Notes: generated by a model not told the origin, from the sequence alone. A DNA stretch of 64,000 nucleotides from Chiloscyllium plagiosum (GCF_004010195.1 NC_057728.1:46342645-46406644); one strand, 5' to 3'. Shown: positions 48,266 through 60,270, counted from the stretch's first letter. Made by a program: numbers and translations.

Positions 48266-50423
48266 TAGCATTATTTTTTGGCAAAGTAGGCACTGTTGCA
48301 AGTATGGCATGGATAAAGTGATTATAAATCTTTCCATGTTTCTATGTGAGCAACACTCTATACTGCAAGCCTCAGTCATATTGAACAAAGTATGTTGAAA
48401 TTGACTCTCGCTTTTTCTTAACAGCACTTGAAAAACCAGAAGTGCTCAGAGTTACAAGAATAGCAAGCTCACATACCTTTCTGCATAAATTGAGCATTTA
48501 GGAGGAAAACAAATCCTAACCACTGGAGGGAGCCCTCTGTCAATCCGAATAGCTCAAATCAGCTTGTTCTCGTCAGTGTTTCCAACAGTGCTAGATTCGT
48601 TTTTGTTATATATTTCGAAGAGTTTGTCTTGCAAATTGCTTCCTTTTTGATATGCGTTACTATTGTTTAACCTTTTCACTTGTCTTCTTGTGTCCTTTTA
48701 TCTTTCAACCTGTTTCCTTCTTTTTGAATTGTATGTAGTTTTTATGTTATTACTGTTAATACTGTGTACATTTTTGTACAGCATCTCTTGAAGTGCTGTA
48801 AGAATGTTCCATTAGATAATCATCTGATTCATATTTTATTCAATTCATTATTTCTTTCATGATTCTCATAGTTTCTGATCCCTGCTGATGGCCTTTTAAA
48901 CATGAATGTTTCGCTGCGTGTTTCAGCTTTCAGATCTTCATATGTGGCCAAGTAGGTGAAGGTAATCCTGTGGAGCAGTAAGACCAGAAGGTATCGACTA
49001 GAAATTCTAATCTGTGGGGAGCTGACTGATCTCAGGCCTTGACAAAAGCAGACTCTGTGTAATTGGTCTTAGTGCATTTTGTTGAGCAAAGAGAGGAAAT
49101 GGGGAATATGACTGGATTTGGCAGCTCCCACTGGGCATGTTTTAAGAAGAATAATTGGGTATAGCCCCTCAGCCTCACACCAATCATTAAGCTGGTCCCC
49201 CAATGCTAAGAGTTGGGTAAGATGACAGGTAGGTGACCCACCTTTGGACTTTTGAGACTCCCAATTTTTTAATTACAATTATTGTCCAGACTTCTGGATG
49301 GGGAGGGCCCTCAACAGCTGCTACATTAGCATTTCCTAAAGTCCCACAAAGATCATAACAAAGCCATCCCCAGGAAGCGTCAGTATAATGGATCAACTCG
49401 TCCTACACCACTGTTTTCTTGCTGTACACACTCAATGCAGAATAAACTGATGGCTTGCCCTTTCAAAAATAGAGTCTTCAAACTTGGGATGTCTCAGTAC
49501 TCACCCTCATCTGGGTCATCACCCTCCTGCGATGGGGTCTTTGATAGCTGCCAAAAATCTCTCTGCAAACACACTGGAATTTCAGAGGGGGACAAAAGAA
49601 CAAAAAGCAGTGCAGCACAGGAACAGTCCCTTCAGCCCACCAAGCCTGTGCTGACACATAATAGTCTTCTAAACTAAAAACCTATTGCCTCCTCTTGGTC
49701 CATTGACTGTTTGATACTTTCTAATATTTGGTGGAAATCAATATCTACTTCTCTCTTTCTGATGTCCTCCTGTATAACAGAGGTCTGTGTGCAGCTGTGA
49801 ACTCCTCTTTAGCCACAGTGGGACTTCCGTCCTCATCTCCCTCTTGCCCAGTGTTCGCCATGCCTCATGTGACAACACACACAGATTTTGTTTCATTGTG
49901 CAAGAGAGGAGAGGGATTGCTTTCAACTACACTGTCCCAACAATGTCTGAAATCACCAGGGAAACTACTCTCACATTTGCTTTCCAAACATGTATGATCA
50001 AGTTCACTCATCCTACCAGCAGAGAATGCAGTAATAATTGCTCATTTTTAGCTAAGGGCTGTTTGTGGGTTTTTAGTTTCGGCGATATAAGGGATGTGGT
50101 CAGCTTCAGGAGAGGCAATGTGTTTTTATCGAATTAATCCTCTCAGAGCATCCCATGTATCTCCTAGTTCTCTCTTCAATCTCACATTCCCTGCTCATGA
50201 CTTAGAGTCCCATTCTGATATTTTCTCAGCCAGTTTCTTTTTGTAACATGACTCATTACACACTTCTTTCTTCCATCTTAACAATGCATGTAAATTGTTA
50301 ATTTTCCTTTGTTGGATTGTAATTTTTCTTCAGTTACAAAGCTCACACATGGGGGTTGTCCAGCAGTTTATTCCACACCTTTTTATACCTTAACCTTACT
50401 CTTCTGAACTTTCCCAGAAAATA

Positions 50424-50642
50424 CAGGTTGTTCTGCTATAGTGCGCATTTCATCAACATGAATTGGCTGTAATGCAATTGATGAATTGGAGACACTGTTT
50501 CTAAAGTGTGAACTTTTAAAAGGTGTGTTGGCTGTAATACAATTACATCACCAATACCTTTAGTGCTGTTTCTAAAGCGTGATGTTTCTATAACGCTGGG
50601 TTGAACAAAAATGCAACCATCATGTTATGGAAGAACCGAGTG
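50424..50642. mobile_element. Tc1/mariner (Tigger/pogo-like) MITE
   Basis: TA|CAGGTTGTTCTGCTATA ... TATGGAAGAACCGAGTG|TA gives imperfect TIRs starting CA with a TA TSD. There are internal repeats of TTGGCTGTAAT and CTGTTTCTAAAG. Confidence 0.6.
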
Positions 50643-51783
50643 TATATAAAGTATATCATAATTTCCATCACAGTTTTCCTCTGTTCCTAATACATCTTTT
50701 GCTTGAGCTGACCTGTTTTCATAACTGCTGTTGAGCATACACAAAAGCCATTCAACTTAAGAATTGCTCAATATACATTTCATTACAATCTAAAACTTCT
50801 GCTTTGTAACTTCTCAAAACGAAGCCTCAATTTCTATGATATCACACTTCTGACACCATTACTAATTTTTGGGAAATTTGTGATCATATTTACCCAATAT
50901 ATGCAGTCAACAATTTGTAGCAATTTTCTGATAGTTTATTGAGTTTGATAAGAAGCAAGAGTTTAGATATGATACATTAATTAATTAGACAGACACTCTA
51001 AAACTCTGACAGATGTAAATGCTTTACCAATCCAGAAAAATACTTCCCATGTAATACTGACTGAATAATACTACTATTGTGGACAGTTGAGTGTACATGG
51101 TCTGCTTTCTTTTTAATTAGATTTTGATGTTATACTCTAAACTCAAATCTGAAAATTATGTTGATGTGTTCCAATGGAGCAAAATCACAGAGGGGTTATG
51201 GCACAGAATGAGGCCAGTCGGCCCTTCTTGCCTTCACTGACTCATCATGTAATTCCGATCTCGCCATACCCTTGCATACTATTCTTACCAAATAATCATC
51301 CAATGCTGCTTTGAATGCTGCTGTTGAACCTGCTCCACCACACTTCCAGGCAGTCCATTCCATACCCGAACTTCTTGCTGAGTGACAAAGTTGTTCCTCA
51401 TTTCCCCCTTGCTTCCTTTGCTGATCACTTTAAGCGTAGCCCTCTTGCTCTTGTTCCTCTACTGAGTAGAAACAGTTATCCATCATCTACTCTAATCAGC
51501 CCACACGTGATTTTGAAAACTCTTATCAGATTTCCTCCTAACCTTTCTCCAAAGAGAACAGTCCCAATTTCTTTCACCTATCCTCAAGAAACCTCAAGTT
51601 TCTTATCTCTGGAACCAGACATAGAGTCATAGATTTTGGAGAAGATTTGTTGCTCAGTTTGTGAATCAGGTTGTAAGTTAGCTCGCTGAGCTGGTAGGTT
51701 TGTTCTCAGATGTTTTGTCACCATGCTAGGTAACATCATCAGTGAGCCTCCGGTGAAGCATTGGTGTTCTGCCCGCCTTGCTA

Positions 51784-52169
51784 TTTGAATTGAATTGAAT
51801 TGAATTTATTGTCACGTGTACCGAGACAGAGTGAAAAGCTTGGTCTTGTCAGCAATACAGACAGATCACATAGTTAAATAGTGTAGATAGGTAAATAATA
51901 GGCAAACAGCGGCAAAAGCAAAAACACAGGCACAGACAAATGCTAAGATTTTGTGAGTCCATTCAGTATTCTAACAACAGTAGGGTAGAAACTGTTGCGA
52001 AACTGGCTGGTGCGTGTGTTCAGGCTTCTGTACCATTTCCCCGATGGTAGAGTTTGTAAAAAACCTTTGCCATGATGTGATGCATCTTAAAGAATGCTGG
52101 CGGCCTTTCCTTGACAGTGAGCCTAGTAGATGGATTCTATAGGTGAGAGGTTGGCCTTTGTGACTGTCC
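51784..52169 (-). mobile_element. Rex1/Babar-like LINE 3' end with (TTCAA)n tail
   Basis: Minus-strand ...RSLNTRTSQFRNSFYPTVVRILN, with a (TTGAA)n tail at 51785-51805. Confidence 0.75.
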
Positions 52170-52504
52170 TTTAAATTCATCAGGAGCTGTTCCAGTGTGG
52201 TGGTAGGTTTGTGGGCTACCATGTTGCCTGGAGATGAAGACCAGACTACTCCAACCCTAAGTATCATGTTAGCCCCCAAACCTATCACCACACTGAAACA
52301 GCTCCTGATGGATTTAAAGACCCTGTACCAACAACCAGCAGAACAATCATTTACAAAATACCCTGCAAGGGCTGCAACATACAATACATTGGATAGATAG
52401 GCAGGAAGCTAGCTACCAGGATACATGAGCACCAACTAGCCACCAAAAGAAATGACCAACTATCACTGGTATCCATACACACAGACGAAGGGGGACACCA
52501 GTTC

Positions 52505-53207
52505 GAGAGTGGTGAACTCGGCCTGGACAATCACAAAGGCCAACCTCCCATCTTTAGAATCCATCTACCAGACTCGCTGTCAAGGAAAGGGCACCTACAT
52601 TCTTAAAGATCCATCCCACCTGGCAATGTTTTTCTACATCCTCCACCATCGGTGAGAAGCCTGAACACATGCACCAGCTGGTTTCAAAACATTTTCTACC
52701 CTACGGTTGTTAGAATACTGAATGGACTCAAACTCTTAACATTCGCCTGTACCTGTGTTTTTGTTGCTGCTTACCTATTATTTACTATCTGTGCTACTTA
52801 ACTATGTGATCTGCCTTTATTGCTCACAAGACAAAGCTTTTCACTGTGCCTTGGACACATGACAATAAATTCAAATTCAATTCAGTTCAGATAGCAAGGC
52901 GGGCAGAACACCAGTGCTTCACCGGAGGCTCACTGATGATGTTACCTAGCATGGTGACAAAACATCTGAGAACAAACCTACCAGCTCAGCGAGCAAACTT
53001 ACAACCTGATCCACAACCTGAGCAACAAATTTTCTCCAAAATCTATTACTCTATGACTAGTTCCAGAGATAAGAAACTTGAGGTTTCTTGAGGATAGATT
53101 AAAGAAATCGGGACTGTTCTCTTTGGAGAGAGAAAGGTTCTCTTGGAGAGACAACGCTTTTCACTGTGCCTTTGTGCACATGACAATAAGTTCAATTCAA
53201 TTCAATT
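52505..53207 (+). mobile_element. Rex1/Babar-like LINE 3' end inserted in the PLE (TSD CAGTTC), later interrupted by duplicated sequence
   Basis: RVVNSAWTITKANLPSLESIYQTRCQGKGTYILKDPSH. Tails TTCAAATTCAATTCAG (~52870) and TTCAATTCAATTCAA (~53191) are both present. Confidence 0.75.
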
Positions 53208-53511
53208 CAGTTCAACTGGGACAATGCATCCATCCTGGTACCGGCTAAACAAAGACACGGACAGGAATTCCGAGAGGCCATGCATTCAAACTGGAACTCC
53301 ATTAAAAAACATATAGATTTGGGCCCCATTTACCAATCTCTCAGAAACAGAACTGGAAATAATATCACCCACCACAACAAACCGAGACAGATAAATAGCA
53401 AGGCAGGCAGAACACCAACACTTCACTGGAGGCTCACTGATGATGTTACCAAGCATGGTGATGAAACATCTGAGAACAAACCCACCAGCTCACTGAACAA
53501 ATTTACAACCT

Positions 53512-54166
53512 CATAGAGTCATAGAGTTAAACAGTGCAGAAACGGACCCTTCAATCCAACTTATCCCTGCCGACCAGATATCCTAAACTTATGTTGTACA
53601 ATTTGCCAGCAAGAGGCCCACATCCTTCTAACTCCTTCCTATTCATATACCCAACCAGATGCCTTTTCAATGTTGTAATTGTACCAGCCTCCACCTCCTC
53701 CACTGGCAGCTCATTCGATATGTACATGACCATCTGCGTGAAAAAGTTACCCCTTAGGTCCTTTTTAAATGTTTCCCCGCTCACCTTAAACCTATACCCT
53801 TTAGTTTTGGACTCCATTCTCCTCTTGCCTATTCATTCTATCCATTCCATCCAATTTTATAAATCTTTATAAGGTCATCCCTCAGCCTCCAATTCTTAAG
53901 GGAAAAGCATCCCAATCTATTCAGCCTGTCTCTAGAACTCAAATCCTCCATTCCTGGCAACATCCATGTGAATCTTTTCTGAATCCTTTCAAGTTTACCA
54001 ATATCTTTCCTATAGCAAGGAGACCAGAAATGAACACAGTATTCTAAAGGTGGCCTCACCAATACCCTGTAGAGCTGCAACATGACCTCTTAACTCTTAA
54101 ACTCAATATTCTGACCAATAAAGGCAAGTATGCCAAACACATTCTTGTCCAGCCTGTCCACCTGCA
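53512..54166 (-). mobile_element. CR1/HER1-like LINE 3' fragment
   Basis: MLQLYRVLVRPPLEYCVHFWSPCYRKDIGKLERIQ and FKKDLRGNFFTQ, with a (CATAGAGT)2 tail. Confidence 0.9.
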
Positions 54167-54624
54167 ACCTGCCTTATAAACTGCTTTTGCACTCTCTCTA
54201 TTGTGTTCAACTCCTTCCTATAATGTGGTACCCACAATTCTACATGATTCTGCAGCTGAGATCTAACAAGTGTCTTATCTAAGTTCAACATCAGCTCCTT
54301 GTTCCTGCACTCTAGACCTCTATTAATAAAGACAAAGATACTGTCCACTTTACTTACTGCTCTCCCTTCCTGTTCTGCCACTTTCAATGATCTGTGCACA
54401 TATACTTTCAGGTCCCTCCGCTCCAGCGTTGATCACCACCCCCTGCCCCTCCCCCAATGGATTGTACTACTAATTTATGTTTTTTTTTATGTTTTTCCTA
54501 CCAAAATGCATTGCTTAACACTTCCCTGCGTCTGGCATTTAGCTGTTCACTGCACAAACTTTTCTTCGTTCTTTTGGAGTTCTGTACTATTCTTCTTACA
54601 GTTCACAATTCTTCAAATTTTTAG

Positions 54625-54782
54625 TTAAAATTCTAACAACACCCGGTTACAGTCCAACAGGTTTATTTGGAAGCACTGGCTCTGTGCTTCCAAATAAACC
54701 TGTTGGACAAGAACCTGGTGTTGTGTGACTTTTAACTTTGTCCACCCCAGTCCAACACCGGCACCTCCCAGTCATGGCGTCC
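54625..54782. mobile_element. Palindromic PLE-terminus element (hammerhead absent from both arms), 9-bp TSD
   Basis: AATTTTTAG occurs at 54616-54624 and 54783-54791. GTCCAACAGGTTTATTTGGAAGCAC / GTGCTTCCAAATAAACCTGTTGGAC is a perfect stem. Confidence 0.85.
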
Positions 54783-55904
54783 AATTTTTAGATTGTCTAC
54801 AACCTTTGAAATTGCCCCCTACATGCCAAGATCTAGATTATTAATTTAAAATGTCTCAAGTAAGTCAAAAAGCTACTACCGTCAGATTAAGAAATAAATC
54901 TAAAATGCTATAACTCCATTTAAGTCAAACTTTGAGATCATAATAAAATTAGAGTATTGACCTATCACCAGGAGTGCTATCAAAGTGTGCTTTTAAGTTA
55001 TTTACCTTTAGACTTCCTCGAGGGGATTAGTTAGTTTATCTTAAGTCAGCCACTGGAGAATAGACAAAACTGGCCTGATTGAGTAAATATTGCTTTGAGT
55101 TACCACGGTCATGAAAATTTGAGCTCCCCAATTCCTTCAGAAGCAGTAACAGGAAGTTATTCCAATTTTGGGAATGTAGTATGCCAAGGAATAAAGTGAC
55201 AAAGAATGAGTTTTTTTGAGTCTCAAATCAATTGTTATGATAGGCATTTTGCATTCAAATGACAGCCATGGGCCAGTCAATATTTTTTACCATGTAAGAC
55301 AGTTGGTGTGAAGATATCGAAATGCTGTAGAATTAGACAACAATGCTCCAGTAGCATTCTTCTTTAACCATTATTTTCTCTTCATCAAGACAGACAGTAC
55401 AAATGCACAATCATTATATATGCATTATATTCTAACCACTCTGCTGTTTTGAAATGCATGCTACTTGCATGTTGTTAACTAAATGCTGGAAGCCCCCTGA
55501 TGGCAGGAAGCTCAGTGTAGCAATTACATAACTAATGTACCTTTTGTTTTTTTTAGTTCTTGATGATAGTAGTTTTTTTCAGGGGCTGGAAACAAAAGTA
55601 GTTAGTTATTAAAGTAGTAATACCAATGTTAATTCAGACATAACACTTTTGAGTCATAAATCTCTGGCTTCAAGACTTACTCAAGGACTTGTGCATATAG
55701 GTATAGCTTTGTCCCAGGCAGCTGTGGCAAAAAGTATTGTTGAAGGTTCTATGCTTGGACCATTAAACAAAGCTCTCTTCTACTTGTTTTCAAGTAGATG
55801 TTTCAGATCCCATGGCACCAAGACATTAGTAACTAGTCAATCTTCTGATTGCTGTTTATGGGATAATGTTGCATGTAAATAGACACTGCTTTTGCCAAAG
55901 TGGA

Positions 55905-56280
55905 ATAGATTTACATATCACCTTTCACAAATTCAGGATCTCCCAAAGTTCTTTTACTTACTGTTTTTAACTACTTTTTGAATGTAGTCATCGTTGGAAG
56001 GCAGGGAAGCACAGTAAGTACACAATTTACTCACAGCCTACAATTAGTAAACAACCAGATATCTGTTCCAGTGATGCCAACTGAGGGAAAAGTACTGACC
56101 ATGACATTGCTCCATTGCCATTTTTCCAATTGTGCTTTGGAATCTTGCATATTCACTTGAGAGGGCAGATATGATCTGAATTTAAAATCTCATCCAAAAA
56201 CACAGTGCCTCCAATAGTATAACACTCCAGCAGTACTGCACTGAAGTCATCAGATTAGATTAGGTGCTAAACTCAGGAGC
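55905..56280 (-). mobile_element. Deu-domain SINE (SacSINE1/AmnSINE1-like)
   Basis: GGAATCTTGCATATTCACTTGAGAGGGCAGAT...TTTAAAATCTCATCCAAAA...GTGCCTCCAATAGT...CAGTACTGCACTG matches my recollection of the antisense Deu domain. Confidence 0.7.
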
Positions 56281-56322
56281 AAATCAGCATAAGGAAAGTT
56301 TCCTCCTCCCTTTACAAGGAAA

Positions 56323-56570
56323 CCTGTCCATCTTCCTTCCCATATATCTGCTCCTCCCTCCTCTGTGACCTATCATCTTCATCCCCAACTTCATCTACCT
56401 ATTGCATTCTCAGTATCCTCCCCAAGCCCCACCCCCCCTCCCATTTATCTCTCAACCCCCTTGGGCCACCCCCTCATTGCTGTTGAAGGGTTTATGCTCA
56501 AAACATTGATTCTCCTGCTCCTCGGATGTTGCCTGATCGGTTGTACTTTTCCAGCACCACACTCTTCAAC
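56323..56570 (+). mobile_element. PLE C-rich 3' terminus with decayed hammerhead
   Basis: It overlaps 2660-2725 in sequence. CTGTTGAAGGGTTTATGCTCAAAACATTGATTCTCCTGCTCCTCGGATG links the short inserts to the longer PLE UTR. Confidence 0.75.
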
Positions 56571-58679
56571 CATAATTCATTGTTTCGCTAATTTTGAAAT
56601 AAATATAACAAGAGCCTTAATATGAATATATTAAAAGTCTTATGTCTGAATGATGTCTCTGTAAACTGTGTCATATAGAGTTTGCTAGGCCTTCATTTAT
56701 AATATAAACTATCACAACTTGTTGCACTATAATTACTCTAACTCCATTGGACACACTGCAGTGCCACAACTGGTGGGAGGGTGTAGTTTTTTTTTCAGAT
56801 TTACATAGGCAGTTTGCAATATGAATGGAACACAGGAATTGGAATGAATATATAAATGTATGACTTTTAAATGAAGACTGAATTAGTTTCAGTAGAAGTA
56901 ATATTTTGCATAACCTGGTCCACATGATCGGCCCTGCTCTAAAATCCCCCTTCCTCTGAAAATTAAACTTTATTGTCATTCCCTATTTGCAACATGCACA
57001 GAGACTAGTAAGTCTATCTGTTTATTATTACAAACAGTATGCTCTGTCTCCATTTCATTCAGAAATCCCATGTCAACAGTGTTTCTTTTTTGGTTGCCAC
57101 TGTATTCATTATGCGCACATCTGGTGTAATTCTGCCCTGTCACTTTTTAAGTCTTGTTTCCCATTAATATGACAGACTGATTCTACATTTCCACAGAAGT
57201 TGATGATGTAGAGCAGATTTGTCAATGTCTTTTTAATTGTCATGTTTTTATCAGAAACTGTGGATTCTAACATCCAACATTAGAATATAAAATATTGCCA
57301 AAATTACTTATTTTTCTTTATAATAGAATTGTAAAATTTTTCTATTGAATTATATGGCTTTTTTTTAACATTTCCCTTAATGTCTTCTCTTGAAAGTCAA
57401 TCTTAAAAAGCTAGTCTTTAGTCAATTGGAAGGGAGATTTTCATAATATCAATAGATTCTCAGTATATACAATTTGCAGAATATTCCAGAATGTAGGCAG
57501 TGAATTGCCAGTAATTAAATAATCCCCTCAGTTTGGACAGGAGGGGGAGATTTGAAAATAGCTTTGCTTTTTCTGAAATGCTTCCAATCAAACTGGGAAT
57601 TGAATACTAAAAGTTTGTTTTAATTCAGCCAAGTGATACATTAGTACAGATGAAAGGTTGTTCTGCTCTATTATGAAGCCCTTACAGAAAAACAAAAGCA
57701 ACACATCTTTACAGAAACAGCTGTTACCATATGACAGACAGCAGAGAGACTGTGTTTGGAGAAGATCAGACAGGAATGCAGGTTGCTTATATGGATTTTT
57801 TTTCCATTGATCATTGATTGTGATTGTAAATAATGACACTAAAATCATCTGTAAATATTTTTGAACCTTAATAGGTGTCAAAACATCCACCAAAATATTG
57901 GAAGGTTGGTATGTGCAAAGTGTCAGGTCTGGACAAAGTGTTAATAGGGGATCTGACATGTCGGAACGTACATGTGTGGAGGGATTGATTGCTCAAAAGG
58001 TATGAATGGCAAGTTCAAATCCAATTCAGCTGCACCATTCCCACAAAAATATGAATCTGCTGTCCTCATTATGGTCATGGGAATCTCTCTTGGAGCACTT
58101 TCACACCATAAGAAGCACCTCAGAGTGCTGTTTCTGGACCCTGTATTCCTATCCTGATACTCCCAAAACCCAACCTAACATTGAAATTAATAAGTATTAT
58201 CATAAAGCTCTTCTAAGATATCCTTTTCACTGTAAGCAGCACCATGGGAAATGTGCTACTAATGTGTTAATAATCTTATATTTGTGCACACTTCATATTA
58301 TCAATTGTAATTTATACCAAAAACTGCAAATGTAATCCTGTCACACTTGGCATTTAAGATGCTACAATACCATCACTAGCAGTAAGTATAGTTCTTGCAA
58401 AACAACTTCACATGAGTAATCTCTTTACATAAATGTTGGCATAAGTTACAATCTGGGTAGAATTACCAGACTCTGAGAAATGTGGCAAATGACACAGTTA
58501 GAGGTAGAAATCTCCATTTCAAGATCATCTCATCGCCACATCCCATCCACATCCCCACTTTGTTCAAGTAGTGTGACAGGATTCTTGCCAGGAAGCAGCG
58601 AGTTCCTAATTGATACCTGTTCTTGCTCAGTAATAAGACAAGGATTAGAGCATGACCATGGTGTAACAGGAGGAGAGAT

Positions 58680-58784
58680 TGAGCCAACAGTGTGTTGCTG
58701 GAAAAGCACAGTAGGTCAGGCAGCATCCGAGGAGCAGGAGAATCGAAGTTTCAGGCAAGAGCTTTTCATCAGGAATGACTTCAT
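58680..58784 (-). mobile_element. Short PLE-terminus element, 13-bp TSD
   Basis: CAGGAGGAGAGAT occurs at 58667-58679 and 58785-58797. The minus strand reads ATTC-CTGATGA-AAAGCTCTTGCCT-GAAACTTC-GATT. Confidence 0.85.
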
Positions 58785-58797
58785 CAGGAGGAGAGAT

Positions 58798-59232
58798 GGA
58801 TCAATTTAGGATTTTATTCATTGGAGTTTGGAAGTAGGGGGTGTGGGTTAGGGAGAATCTCATAGAAACCAATAGAATTGTAACAGGAACTGGATAGGTT
58901 AGATGGAGGAGGGATACTACCGATGTTTGGGGAGTCCAGAAACATGGTCATAGTTTAAGGATAAGGGTAAACCTTTTAGGACAGAGATGTATCCTCACCC
59001 ACAGAGTGGTGTTTGTGGAATCCATTACCATAGAAAGTTGAGCCCAAAATGTGATTTATTTTCAAGAAGGAGGTAAATGTAGCTGTTGTGGCTAAAAGGA
59101 TCAAGGGATATGGGGTGAAGCTGGGTTTAGGGTATTCAGCATAGTGATCAGCCATGATCATACTGAACAGCAGAGAAGGCTCAAGGGGTCAAATGGTTTT
59201 CTCTTGCTCCTATCTTCTAAATTTCAATGTTT
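58798..59232 (+). mobile_element. Old CR1 3' end
   Basis: GGGGAGTCCAGAAACATGGTCATAGTTTAAGGATAAGGGT, CAGAGTGGTGTTTGTGGAATCC and GATCAGCCATGATCATACTGAA. Confidence 0.75.
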
Positions 59233-59499
59233 CACAACCCACAACTACTTTTAATATTAGTTAAGATTCCACTCATAGACTCTGGCAAAATGTTATTTGA
59301 TCATCAGGTTTGGAAAGGTCAAAAGAGTAAGAGATGGTTCATAAAATTTCTGAGGATCTTATCTGTAGAATCAGAGCTTTAATGTTTACCTCAAGCATGT
59401 TACACTTCAGATAGTGTGTGCATAAAAAAATGCTCAGTTCATAAAGGGCAAGATTCTACAAGATTCAGCTTTTTCCCAAACATCAGAAAAAGAGATTGC

Positions 59500-59735
59500 T
59501 TGAAGTGAAAGGGTTTGCAGTCCTTATCTCTTTTCTTTCAATCTTTCAGTTACCTAAGTTTTAAGATTTTGGATGACCGCATTAAACCTCTCTACTACTC
59601 TCTCTTCCTTTGTGTGCTCCTCAAAACCTACTTCTTTGACCAAGTACTTGGTTGCCAATTATGTGTGTCAGTGTCAGTGTTTATTTTGTAACATCTTGAG
59701 AAGCACCATATGACATTTTACCATGACAAAGGAAA
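59500..59735 (+). mobile_element. L2-type 3' end remnant
   Basis: CTCCTCAAAACCTACTTCTTTGACCAAG (LLKTYFFDQ), followed by an L2-like 3' UTR. Confidence 0.5.
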
Positions 59736-60154
59736 AACTCAAGCTCTCATTATTCGAGTCCCAATCTTTAGCAAGCATGTCATGGCCACTGTTCTCCAAT
59801 CAGCTTGTACAGTACTGATTCAAACTTCTTGGAAAATTATGATTAGTATTTCTGATTTCATTTCTAACCTTCTACTTCTGGCTGAATTTAACTTACATCC
59901 TTTGGTGATTCTGTGAAAGACAATTCTCAGGATTGGTATAGATTTGACAGAAGATGTATTTGAACTTGTTTCAATACCTATCCCACAGGTAAAAGTGGTA
60001 GAAGGTTTGTTAATGACAAGTTGGCTGGTAGATGTTATTTAGAAGTTACTGAAGTGGTACTCAAATAGTTGTTCATCCTACACCTTTATTTAGAGTCATA
60101 GAAACAACTGAGAACCCTTTCGGTAACATTTAATTTTGTTTTATTAAACCTTTT

Positions 60155-60270
60155 TTTTCTAATCAACCTGTTCAGAGATGTTATTACATACCTCTGGAGC
60201 AGGTAGGACTTTAATTCAGGCCTTGCGGTCAAAGGGCAGGGACACTACCACTGAGCCACAAAAGCACCCT
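60155..60270 (-). mobile_element. Short tRNA-derived SINE (same family as 5298-5410)
   Basis: TTCTAATCAACCTGTTCAGAGATGTTATTACATACCTCTGGAGCAGGTAGGACTT...GGGACACTACCACTGAGCCACAA. Confidence 0.75.

Larger units (their letters stand above)
51633..53511 (+). mobile_element. PLE (same family as 815-1994) GIY-YIG and terminus with inverted 5' copy; three hammerhead motifs
   Basis: KPITTLKQLLMDLK, IYKIPCKGC and KLATRIHEHQLATKR...GHQF|NWDNASIL. Hammerhead motifs are at 51705-51746(-), 52929-52970(+) and 53433-53474(+). CATAGAGTCATAGA flanks both ends. Confidence 0.85.
51180..54845 (-). mobile_element. Old CR1 LINE split into pieces (51180-51618, 54167-54624, 54783-54845) by nested insertions
   Basis: ...TTATCTCTGGAACCAG (51618) joins colinearly to CCTTATAAACTGCTTTTGCAC (~54170). 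Minus ORF FINRGLECRNKELMLNLDKTLVRSQLQNHVELWVPHYRKE. Confidence 0.75.
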
